From an uncultured Alphaproteobacteria bacterium (lineage in GTDB: Bacteria > Pseudomonadota > Alphaproteobacteria > CAAHEQ01 > UBA3637): 64,000 nt of DNA. This document shows, in pieces, positions 48,224 to 57,722 of the stretch (position 1 is its first letter; every line of letters begins with the position of its first letter). The stretch lies in the NCBI GenBank assembly GCA_934202735.1, contig CAKPYH010000002.1, forward strand, positions 42,945-106,944, in the 5' to 3' direction. The notes beneath the pieces were generated by a model, which was given only the letters and a program-made list of their open reading frames with translations, had not been told where the DNA came from and searched no databases. Both the position numbers and the translations under genes were made by a program.

Positions 48224-49708
48224 ATGAAACAACCGAAAAAAATGACTCATCTGCCGGCTGAACAAACCGAATCTGGTCGTAGTATGGTAGAAATGTTAGG
48301 GGTTTTGGCCATTATGGGCATCTTGTCCATTGGAGGGATCGCCGGCTATACATACGCCATGAACAAACTGCGGGCCAATAATACGATCACGTATGTGAAC
48401 ATGTTGGCAATTGCGGGTAGCCAACAGGCCGCTTTGGGACGGGACGAGTTGACATTGGAGGAGTTCCCCGCCAAAACCACCGATGGCTATGACGCAGATA
48501 TTTATCGCTTGACCGATGAACCACGCTATTTTGATATTGATATTGCAGGCGTTCCCCGGGCTGTGTGTACAAATATCTTGGCCTTGACGACACATTGGCG
48601 GGGGTTGGATAGTGTTTGGGTCAATGATAACCAAACGACCTGTGAACAAGATGAGAACTTGATGAGTTTTATTTTTTCGGAGACGCTGGGATCAGATGAG
48701 AACGGCGGGTCGCGGTGTACGCAAGATTCGGAATGTTCGGGATGTCAGACGTGTGTACGCGGATTTTGTACCGATACCGATGCTGCATGTTCGGGGAATA
48801 CGCCCTATTGTGTCAACGGTACCTGTCAAGGTTGTCATGCCGGTGAATTTCAAGACACCAAAGGAAAATGTTATCCTTGTAGTGGGGATACGATTATAGG
48901 ATCCGTGGATCCATCCGAATGCGATAAATGCAAAGGACAACGCTTTAGTACACTTTCTTATCAACGCTGTGTCCCATGTACTTATCCAGGTTCTTTATAT
49001 CTCAACAAAAATGATATTGACAAAGCCCGGTGTAATTCCTGTGCAAAACGGTATTGGATGCGTTATGGCAGCAGTGAGATTACATGTAATTATTGCGATG
49101 GTATGATCACCAGTGAAAATGATGAGCAAGTTTGTCAAGGTCATTGTCCGGCCGGTCAAGTGTGGAGTGGTAACAAGTGTGTGTCTTGTGATAGTACGGA
49201 TACTATTTTGTTTGGTGTTTCCCGGGAATCGTGTCGGACAATATGCGCGGGAGTTCGCTTCCCGGAAATCACCTTTGCTCAATGTACCCGATGTGATGCG
49301 CCTCTGGCACGTCAGTCCACACAAGCCGATTGTGCTGCTTGCCCCAATAACTATTGGCGCAATGATTTCTGCTATTATTGTAACGGCACTGTCATCCATG
49401 AAAATAACGCACAAATTTGTCAAGGTCATTGTCCGGCCGGTCAAGTATGGAACGGTTCAAAATGCGTTGCTTGTGATAGTAGCGATACTGTATTCTATAC
49501 GGTTTATGGACCGGATTGTGCCCGTCAGTGTAAAGGTGTCAGATTTTCACGTTCAGAGTATTCGGCATGCTTCAGATGCGATAAAGCAGGCGATCAAATC
49601 ACTAATGATAAAGAATCGTGTTTGGCGTGCGGGAACCGGACATGGAAGAACGGGACATGCAGTTTCTGTGCCGGAACCGTTAGCGCCGATGGGACAACGT
49701 GTGAATAA
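48224..49708 (+). CDS. Type IV pilin-like protein with very large cysteine-rich tandem-repeat C-terminal domain
   Basis: Leader MKQPKKMTHLPAEQTESG then RSMVEMLGVLAIMGILSIGGIAG (class III signal, Glu at +5); ~50 Cys; two ~80-aa internal repeats (CQGHCPAGQVW(S/N)G(N/S)KCV(S/A)CDS). Confidence 0.6.
   Translation: MKQPKKMTHLPAEQTESGRSMVEMLGVLAIMGILSIGGIAGYTYAMNKLRANNTITYVNMLAIAGSQQAALGRDELTLEEFPAKTTDGYDADIYRLTDEPRYFDIDIAGVPRAVCTNILALTTHWRGLDSVWVNDNQTTCEQDENLMSFIFSETLGSDENGGSRCTQDSECSGCQTCVRGFCTDTDAACSGNTPYCVNGTCQGCHAGEFQDTKGKCYPCSGDTIIGSVDPSECDKCKGQRFSTLSYQRCVPCTYPGSLYLNKNDIDKARCNSCAKRYWMRYGSSEITCNYCDGMITSENDEQVCQGHCPAGQVWSGNKCVSCDSTDTILFGVSRESCRTICAGVRFPEITFAQCTRCDAPLARQSTQADCAACPNNYWRNDFCYYCNGTVIHENNAQICQGHCPAGQVWNGSKCVACDSSDTVFYTVYGPDCARQCKGVRFSRSEYSACFRCDKAGDQITNDKESCLACGNRTWKNGTCSFCAGTVSADGTTCE
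49075..49600. repeat. Intragenic tandem DNA repeat (~2 x 290 bp, ~80% identical) within the pilin-like gene
   Basis: ttgtcaaggtcattgtccggccggtcaagt(g/a)tgga... occurs twice. Confidence 0.5.
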
Positions 49709-49886
49709 CAAAAAAAGTGGCCGCCGAATTGTTGGCAGCCACTTTTCCCATTTTTTAGTCTTCCTATACATATAATAGGGTATATATTTTCAAATTGCAA
49801 CAAAAAAGTGAAATTTTTTTACAGAAATGTGTATTTTTAGTTATCACTATGATATTCAATTATTTTTATCATATCATAAATGTCGG

Positions 49887-50447
49887 TTATGTGTTGCACT
49901 TTTTCTGCGAAAGTGTATGCGGTTTGCAACCACAATATGTTTGGCGGTATAATCCTTGCTCACGGGCCAGTCGTTCAGCGTATTCCAGGCCCCCCTTTTT
50001 ACGCCAGTTCGTCAGATCATAGGGAATACCAATCTGATTGGCGGCTTGTATTCCGGCACGACAGACTTGGTCAAAATCCTTGAAACGCGAGATACCCAAA
50101 ACAGATGAAAAGCGGCTAAATCCGTTATCTCGTGCATATTCCGCCGCCCGTTGTAATCGCAGAAAAAAACATTTATCACACCGTTTTCCCCGTTCGGGTT
50201 CATTTTCCAACCCTTGGGTTACGGCCGACCAGTCTTCGGGACGATAGGGCAATTCTACAAACGGGACACCCACGACTTGACAGATTCGTTTATTTTCATC
50301 TCGGCGGCGTATATATTCTGATTCAGGACGAATATTCGGGTTGTAGAATAAAACCGTCAAGTCTGTATCGGCTTGCTTTAACCGGTGAATAACCCCAATA
50401 GAACAGGGGGCGCAACAAGATAATAATAATACTTTTTCTTTTTTCAT
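49887..50447 (-). CDS. queH: Epoxyqueuosine reductase QueH (DUF208)
   Basis: MKKEKVLLLSCCAPCS N-terminus and CGC / CxxC motifs characteristic of QueH. Confidence 0.75.
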   Translation of the reverse strand: MKKEKVLLLSCCAPCSIGVIHRLKQADTDLTVLFYNPNIRPESEYIRRRDENKRICQVVGVPFVELPYRPEDWSAVTQGLENEPERGKRCDKCFFLRLQRAAEYARDNGFSRFSSVLGISRFKDFDQVCRAGIQAANQIGIPYDLTNWRKKGGLEYAERLAREQGLYRQTYCGCKPHTLSQKKCNT

Positions 50448-50525
50448 ACTGTCATTATAGCAAAAAAACAACCAAAGTGCAATCAAGTATTGACATTATT
50501 TTTTCTTTCTGCTAGTTTGACAGGC

Positions 50526-50951
50526 ATGATGAAAATAATAGCACTATATCAAACCGTTTTTCAATTTTGGATGAGATTTCCTGAAAAAATCAGGTACTTG
50601 TTGGTGGGGGGGTATAATACGGTTATTTCGTATGCTTTGTATGCACTCTTTCTGTATTTGATGCAGGGATCCTATCCGCAAGCGGCTCTTCTTTTATCAA
50701 ACCTGGTGGCTTCGGTTAACAGTTATTGGACGCAAAAAATATACGTTTTCGGTACAAAAGGAAATTATTGGAACGAATATGTGCGCTGCTTGTTCAGTTG
50801 GGGGTGCAGTTATGTTTTGAATGCCGGTCTTTTAGCCTTGTTTTTGATGAAATTAAATCCGTATACGGCGCAAGTTTTAGCCTTGGCTTTGGTAACGATA
50901 AACAGTTATTTAATGCTGAAATACATTGCCTTTCGTAAGGGGGTCTCATGA
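50526..50951 (+). CDS. GtrA-family membrane protein
   Basis: Four TM helices, YLLVGGYNTVISYALY GtrA pattern; overlaps downstream GT2 gene. Confidence 0.7.
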   Translation: MMKIIALYQTVFQFWMRFPEKIRYLLVGGYNTVISYALYALFLYLMQGSYPQAALLLSNLVASVNSYWTQKIYVFGTKGNYWNEYVRCLFSWGCSYVLNAGLLALFLMKLNPYTAQVLALALVTINSYLMLKYIAFRKGVS

Positions 50952-51883
50952 AAGTTGCGATTTTAATACCCTGTTATAATGAAGCCGCTTCGGTCGCACG
51001 TGTGGTACAAGATTGTCATAAGCATTTACCCCATGCGGATATCTATGTCTATGATAACAATTCAACGGATAATACGGCGGCTTTGGCTCGGGCGGCCGGG
51101 GCCTATGTCTTTGCCGAAAGAAATCAAGGAAAGGGTAATGTTATCAGGCGGATGTTTGCCGATATTCAAGCGGATATTTATGTGATGATTGATGGCGATT
51201 GTACCTATGATACGGCCAGTATTCCGAAAATGATTGAGCGTTTGGTCTCCGAACGTTTGGATATGGTGACGGCAGTGCGGGAAACATCATCGGATTCGGC
51301 TTATCGTCCCGGTCATCGTTTGGGAAATACCCTGATGACACGCATTGTCCACCTGTTTTTTGGGAACAAGACGGCCGATATGCTATCAGGATTACGGGTG
51401 TTTTCTCGGCGCTTTGTCAAATCATTTCCGGCCAATTCGCAAGGGTTTGAAGTGGAAACTGAATTGACGGTTTTTGCGTCATCTATGCGGGTTCCCATGG
51501 CCGATATGACGACACCGTATTACGAAAGGCCTAAAAATTCTTGCAGTAAATTGTCAACCGTTCGTGATGGGTATAGGATTTTGAAAATGATAGCGGTTCT
51601 TATCAAGGAAGAACGGCCGCTGCTCTTTTTCGGTATGGGGGCTATTTTTTCTTTTGTTTTGTCTTTGTTGTGTGCCATACCCGTTGTGCTTCACTATTTG
51701 GAAACAGGATTAGTTCCCCGCATACCTACCACGATTTTGTCGGTCGGGTTGATGATATGCGGTGGGGTGAGTTTAGCCATGGCTTTGATTTTGGATACAG
51801 TGGCAAAAACACGGGCCGAAGTGCGCCGTATGCAATACTTGTCCGTTCCTGTGCCGGATCCTGACAGTTTGAATTTAAAATAA
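50948..51883 (+). CDS. Family 2 glycosyltransferase (GtrB/dolichol-phosphate-sugar-transferase-like)
   Basis: ILIPCYNEA, YDNNSTDNT, DGDCTYD (DxD) and C-terminal TM helices. Confidence 0.8.
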   Translation: MKVAILIPCYNEAASVARVVQDCHKHLPHADIYVYDNNSTDNTAALARAAGAYVFAERNQGKGNVIRRMFADIQADIYVMIDGDCTYDTASIPKMIERLVSERLDMVTAVRETSSDSAYRPGHRLGNTLMTRIVHLFFGNKTADMLSGLRVFSRRFVKSFPANSQGFEVETELTVFASSMRVPMADMTTPYYERPKNSCSKLSTVRDGYRILKMIAVLIKEERPLLFFGMGAIFSFVLSLLCAIPVVLHYLETGLVPRIPTTILSVGLMICGGVSLAMALILDTVAKTRAEVRRMQYLSVPVPDPDSLNLK

Positions 51884-52552
51884 TTGGCTGCGAACAGGGG
51901 GCAGGGGGTGCTTTAGGGCATAGGTTTGCAAAAAATATCCCGTCAAGTTCAACCCTGTACGAATGTCCGCCTCTGTTGCCGGAACGGATTGCCATAAAAA
52001 GCGGGGCAGGGGCAAGAGTTTTGTCTTATACGGTTCCCCTTTTTCGCGACTGACGGCCCGACCGGTTTTAGGTGAAATATAGGCTAAATCATGCGGGTTT
52101 CCGCCGCCGGCACAGGCAGTTGTATCCAATCCGAAACCGATTTCCGTCAGTATTTTTTGTTCCAGCAAGACATAGTACTTCAAAAAATCCGTTTCATCCA
52201 AATGATCTAAAAAATCAAAAACGGCTTGATACAGTTCGGGAAAGGATTGTCGTTCGGGCAACAAATCATCTAACAGTCGGCACAGGCAGGTAATGCAGGC
52301 CAATCGTTTTTTATCGTCCAAGTATGCCACTGAAAAAGGACGGACTTCTTCCAAGTAAAACTGTCCCATTTGCTCGGCTAAACGTGCTCGCCAACGCACC
52401 GAAACCCATGCACCTGTTTCCGGCGGGTGTCGTTTTTGAAACACACCCATATGTCGGCCGTGATCCGGGGTCAGCAAGGATATAATATATGACCGTTCCC
52501 CCAATGGTCGGGCCGATAAAACCAGAGCCTGATTCGTCCGAAATTCAGGCAT
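51875..52552 (-). CDS. recO: DNA repair protein RecO
   Basis: 225 aa; N-terminal OB-fold pattern; era-recO synteny. Confidence 0.85.
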   Translation of the reverse strand: MPEFRTNQALVLSARPLGERSYIISLLTPDHGRHMGVFQKRHPPETGAWVSVRWRARLAEQMGQFYLEEVRPFSVAYLDDKKRLACITCLCRLLDDLLPERQSFPELYQAVFDFLDHLDETDFLKYYVLLEQKILTEIGFGLDTTACAGGGNPHDLAYISPKTGRAVSREKGEPYKTKLLPLPRFLWQSVPATEADIRTGLNLTGYFLQTYALKHPLPPVRSQLF

Positions 52553-53444
52553 TAAAATCCAACCCCCAATTTGTGTATTGAGAAGGATCTTCTTGCCAAT
52601 TTTCTTTCACTTTAACAAATAAAAACAAGTGAACGGGACGTTCAAACAGGTGTGCCAATTCGGTACGTGCGGCCGCACCGATTTTTTTAATCATGGATCC
52701 GTTTTTGCCCAAAACAATGGACCGTTGTCCCACACGTTCCACATATATGGTTTGTTCAATACGGATGGCCTTTTTCTGTTCTTGAAATGATGTCGTTTCA
52801 ACGGCTATGGTATAAGGTAATTCCTGTTGTAGATTCATAAACAGTTTTTCACGCGTTACTTCGGCCGCAAACAAACGATTAGGCAGGTCGCTGAGTTGAT
52901 CCGGCGGAAACATCCAAAACCCGCGGGGGGCCCGATTGATTAAATACTGCTTTAAGTCTGTGGTATTTTCACCGGTGGCTGCCGAAATCATAAATGTTTC
53001 AGTAAAGATCGGATATTGATTGAGTTGCGCAATCAACGGAAGTAATTTATCCTTGGCCATCAAATCAATTTTGTTCAAGACTAAAATAGCCTTTTGTTTG
53101 TTTTGTTGCAGGATCTGAATAATGCTCGCTGTGTTTTTATCAATACCCTTCGTGGCATCAATCAACAGCAAGCGTATATCCGATTCTTCGGCTTCGGTCC
53201 AAGCGGAAGCAACCATAGCCCGATCTAAACGCCGGCCAGGCTTGAAAATGCCCGGTGTGTCCGTTAAAACCAACTGCGTGTCTCCCGATACTAAAATTCC
53301 ACGAATACGGGAACGTGTGGTTTGAACTTTGGGGGAAACTATGGAAACCTTGGATCCGACCAACTGATTCACCAAAGTAGATTTCCCGGCATTCGGAGCC
53401 CCCAATACCGCCACAAATGCAAAATGTTGATTTTGATTATCCAT
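52545..53444 (-). CDS. era: GTPase Era
   Basis: GAPNAGKST P-loop, DTPG, NKID, C-terminal KH domain. Confidence 0.9.
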   Translation of the reverse strand: MDNQNQHFAFVAVLGAPNAGKSTLVNQLVGSKVSIVSPKVQTTRSRIRGILVSGDTQLVLTDTPGIFKPGRRLDRAMVASAWTEAEESDIRLLLIDATKGIDKNTASIIQILQQNKQKAILVLNKIDLMAKDKLLPLIAQLNQYPIFTETFMISAATGENTTDLKQYLINRAPRGFWMFPPDQLSDLPNRLFAAEVTREKLFMNLQQELPYTIAVETTSFQEQKKAIRIEQTIYVERVGQRSIVLGKNGSMIKKIGAAARTELAHLFERPVHLFLFVKVKENWQEDPSQYTNWGLDFNA

Positions 53445-54069
53445 GTTGAATTTCTTTCAAAAAAGTATCGGCGGCAGCTTGTTCGGCACTTCGTTTGTTG
53501 GTCCCTTGTCCGATAACGGTGTGCCCGGCCACCGAGACGGAAACGGTAAATATCGGTTGATGATCCGGCCCCTTTCTATCCAACATTTTATAAACCGGCA
53601 GTTCTTTATATCGTTTTTGTGCCCATTCCTGCAAAGCGGATTTCGGATCCTGCGGCACTTGTATTTCGGATAAAATCAACGGTGTCCAAATCGGTTTCAT
53701 AAACTCGCGGACCACGTCTATGCCACGGTCCAGATACAAGGCCCCCAAGATGGCTTCGCATACATCGGAAAGAATGGATGCATTTTGACGCAACATATCT
53801 TCGTGAGTGATGAGCATGGGGGGCAAGCCGATTTGTTTGGCCACCAAGGTCAAAGTTTCTTCACGGACCAAAGAGACAAAACGTTTAGCCATCGGCCCTT
53901 CCGGCTCACGCGGAAAGAGGGTGTATAGCATTTCTGCCACCACCAATCCGACGACACGATCCCCTAAAAACTCTAACCGTTCATAACCCGCACGCTTGCC
54001 ATGAGAAGAAAGTTGCAAAGCCTTGTTTAACAAGGTCTTATCATGAAATAAAGATACAATATCCGTCAT
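53437..54069 (-). CDS. rnc: Ribonuclease III
   Basis: ERLEFLGDRVVG signature, C-terminal dsRBD. Confidence 0.9.
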   Translation of the reverse strand: MTDIVSLFHDKTLLNKALQLSSHGKRAGYERLEFLGDRVVGLVVAEMLYTLFPREPEGPMAKRFVSLVREETLTLVAKQIGLPPMLITHEDMLRQNASILSDVCEAILGALYLDRGIDVVREFMKPIWTPLILSEIQVPQDPKSALQEWAQKRYKELPVYKMLDRKGPDHQPIFTVSVSVAGHTVIGQGTNKRSAEQAAADTFLKEIQHG

Positions 54070-54806
54070 TTGTATAGCCCTTCAAAAAATCGTTCCAGGC
54101 GCAGTGAATCGCCCCATTTCCAAAATTGCCACAGATCACCGGTTCCGTTATTTGAATAAAAGATAAAACGCGCTTTACCTTCCAGATTTTCGGCCGGTAC
54201 AAATCCGAAAAAGCGGCTATCCATAGAATTGTCGCGATTATCCCCCATCATAAAATAATGGCCGTCCGGTACCACAAAGGGGTCTGTATTATCTTGTTCT
54301 TTTGTATCAGATTGTTCATAAATCAAGTGCTTGACCCCATTGGGTAATGTTTCACGATATTTTGTATAATGAACCAAGCCTGCCTGTTCCACTTCCCAAT
54401 CTTCTTCACCGATTTTACGGCGATCCATCATTTGGCCGTTGATCAGTAAACGCCCGTTGACCATTTGAATGGTGTCACCGGGCAGGCCGATCACTCGTTT
54501 AATATAATCGGTACGATTATCTGTCGGTACTTTGAAAATGACAATATCTCCACGGTCCGGGGCAGATTCAAAAATACGTCCCGTTGGGATCAGGGGTAAA
54601 GAAAACGGAAAGGAATGACGTGAATAACCGTAATCGTATTTTGTAACCACGATATAATCACCAACCAACAAAGTAGGTACCATGGAACTGGACGGGATAT
54701 TATAGGGCTCAATCGCCACCGATCGGATAATCAAAGCCACGATAACAGCCCACATTAATCCTTTTAATTCACCCCACCAACTTTCCTTTTTTTCTGATTT
54801 TGTCAT
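54066..54806 (-). CDS. lepB: Signal peptidase I
   Basis: SSSMVPTL (catalytic Ser), GDNRDNSMDSR. Confidence 0.9.
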   Translation of the reverse strand: MTKSEKKESWWGELKGLMWAVIVALIIRSVAIEPYNIPSSSMVPTLLVGDYIVVTKYDYGYSRHSFPFSLPLIPTGRIFESAPDRGDIVIFKVPTDNRTDYIKRVIGLPGDTIQMVNGRLLINGQMMDRRKIGEEDWEVEQAGLVHYTKYRETLPNGVKHLIYEQSDTKEQDNTDPFVVPDGHYFMMGDNRDNSMDSRFFGFVPAENLEGKARFIFYSNNGTGDLWQFWKWGDSLRLERFFEGLYK

Positions 54807-54873
54807 TGAATTTTTTTCCTTTATCTGTTATAATCCGTCCAAGATGGGTCATTTATAGCACAGAAAGAGAGTT

Positions 54874-55995
54874 TTGTCTATGTTAAAATTTAATAAATTG
54901 TCATTTGACGGTCAGGCGCGTCTGGGGGAAGTTGAAACGGCGCACGGAAAAGTGCGAACACCGGCTTTTATGCCGGTTGGGACGGTTGGAACGGTCAAGG
55001 CCATGAAGCCCGAAACAGTACGGGCGGCCGGGGCCGACATCATTTTGGGAAATACATATCATTTGATGCTGCGTCCGACAGCCGAACGGGTGGCGGCTTT
55101 TGGGGGATTACATCGCTTCATGAATTGGCCGCATCCGATTCTGACCGATTCGGGTGGATTCCAGGTCATGAGTTTGTCCGGTCTGCGTAAAATTACGGAA
55201 GAAGGCGTTGCTTTTAACTCTCATTTAAGCGGTGAACGCTTTTTGCTAACACCGGAAAGATCCATGGACATACAATATTTGTTGGATTCGGATATTACAA
55301 TGGCTTTTGATGAGTGTGTGAAATATCCCGCTGAACGTAAAACGGTTGAAAAGTCCATGGAACGATCTATGCGTTGGGCCAAAAGATCGCGTACGGCGTT
55401 TCGTGATCGCCCGGGGTATGGCTTATTCGGTATTGTGCAAGGCGGTATGTATCGTGATTTGCGCTTGCGTTCTGTGCAGGCGTTAACGGATATCGGTTTT
55501 GACGGTTATGCCATCGGCGGTTTGGCGGTGGGCGAAGGACAAGAGATAATGTTCTCGGTTTTAGATTATACAGCCCCCGCGTTGCCGGATGATAAGCCTC
55601 GCTATTTAATGGGGGTAGGGCGGCCCAGTGATATTGTCGGGGCCGTTTATCGCGGGGTGGATATGTTTGATTGCGTAATGCCTTCCCGGTCGGGGCGGAC
55701 GGCTCAGGCGTTTACCAGCCAGGGTGTCTTAAATCTCAGAAATGCCTGTCATCAAGATGACCATGGACCGTTAGATACAGAATGTACCTGTCCGACATGC
55801 CAAACTTATACGCGTGGATATCTGCATCACCTGTTTCGGGCCGGTGAAATTTTGGGGAGCATGTTATTGACCGAGCATAATATCTGGTTTTATGAAAATT
55901 TAATGAAACAAATTCGTCAGGCGATTGCCGAGAATCGGTTTCAAGCATTTCACGATTCTTTCCGGGAACGCTATGCCCATGACCGAAAAATGTGA
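54874..55995 (+). CDS. tgt: Queuine tRNA-ribosyltransferase
   Basis: 373 aa; [10 protein letters not shown], zinc site CTCPTC...H. Confidence 0.9.
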   Translation: MSMLKFNKLSFDGQARLGEVETAHGKVRTPAFMPVGTVGTVKAMKPETVRAAGADIILGNTYHLMLRPTAERVAAFGGLHRFMNWPHPILTDSGGFQVMSLSGLRKITEEGVAFNSHLSGERFLLTPERSMDIQYLLDSDITMAFDECVKYPAERKTVEKSMERSMRWAKRSRTAFRDRPGYGLFGIVQGGMYRDLRLRSVQALTDIGFDGYAIGGLAVGEGQEIMFSVLDYTAPALPDDKPRYLMGVGRPSDIVGAVYRGVDMFDCVMPSRSGRTAQAFTSQGVLNLRNACHQDDHGPLDTECTCPTCQTYTRGYLHHLFRAGEILGSMLLTEHNIWFYENLMKQIRQAIAENRFQAFHDSFRERYAHDRKM

Positions 55996-56488
55996 TAAAG
56001 ATGATCGGGGATATCCTCGTCGTGCCTATGAAGGCTTGTTCCCTCTAACCAAAGAAGTACGGCGTATTGTGTCGCCCGTGTTAGGTACACGCGGCTTCGC
56101 CCAGGCGGATATCTTGGAAAGTTGGAATGATATTGTCGGATCGGATTTAGCCCAGGGCATTATTCCCGAAAAATTGAGTTTTGACAAAGATAAACGTACG
56201 AACGGTACATTGTACGTTAAAAGTGCCGGCGGTGCCTTTGCCATGTTGTTTGAACATCAAAAACAGCGCGTCTTGGAACGTATCAATGCATTTTTTGGGT
56301 ACCCGGCGGTGGGAAGGATTAAGATACAACAAGGGGCTTTGAAATTGACCGTGAAACCTGTCATTCCGGAGCGGCCTTTAACCATTGTTGAAGAGCAAAA
56401 TTTGATGGCTCGTGTGGCGGAAATTGATGATGACGATCTGCGCCGTAAGGCGTATGAAATCGGCAAAGCCATTTTGCAGAAGAAATGA
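55979..56488 (+). CDS. DUF721-family protein (DciA-like fold)
   Basis: ~170 aa overlapping tgt 3' end; [10 protein letters not shown]...GTLYV...AFAMLFEH...ERINAFFGY pattern typical of DUF721; start uncertain (55973-55979). Confidence 0.45.
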   Translation: MTEKCDKDDRGYPRRAYEGLFPLTKEVRRIVSPVLGTRGFAQADILESWNDIVGSDLAQGIIPEKLSFDKDKRTNGTLYVKSAGGAFAMLFEHQKQRVLERINAFFGYPAVGRIKIQQGALKLTVKPVIPERPLTIVEEQNLMARVAEIDDDDLRRKAYEIGKAILQKK

Positions 56489-56550
56489 GACCCTTGACAC
56501 AATAATAAAAACGCGGCCCGGTGAAGGACCGCGTTCTTTGTCGTGATGGT

Positions 56551-57651
<1,101 letters not shown>

Positions 57652-57722
57652 TTAAAAAAAGCGTGTGATTTATTTACGCACATTTTTCTTTGAAAAGCAA
57701 GTAAAATCTGCAAAAAAATATC

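Noticed and set aside
48995-49775. ORFs of 149 aa (minus) and 220 aa (plus) overlapping the pilin-like gene
   Set aside because: The internal repeats (MTGRTMTLTNL twice; KFVKVIVRPVK twice) only mirror the tandem DNA repeat of the real Cys-rich frame.
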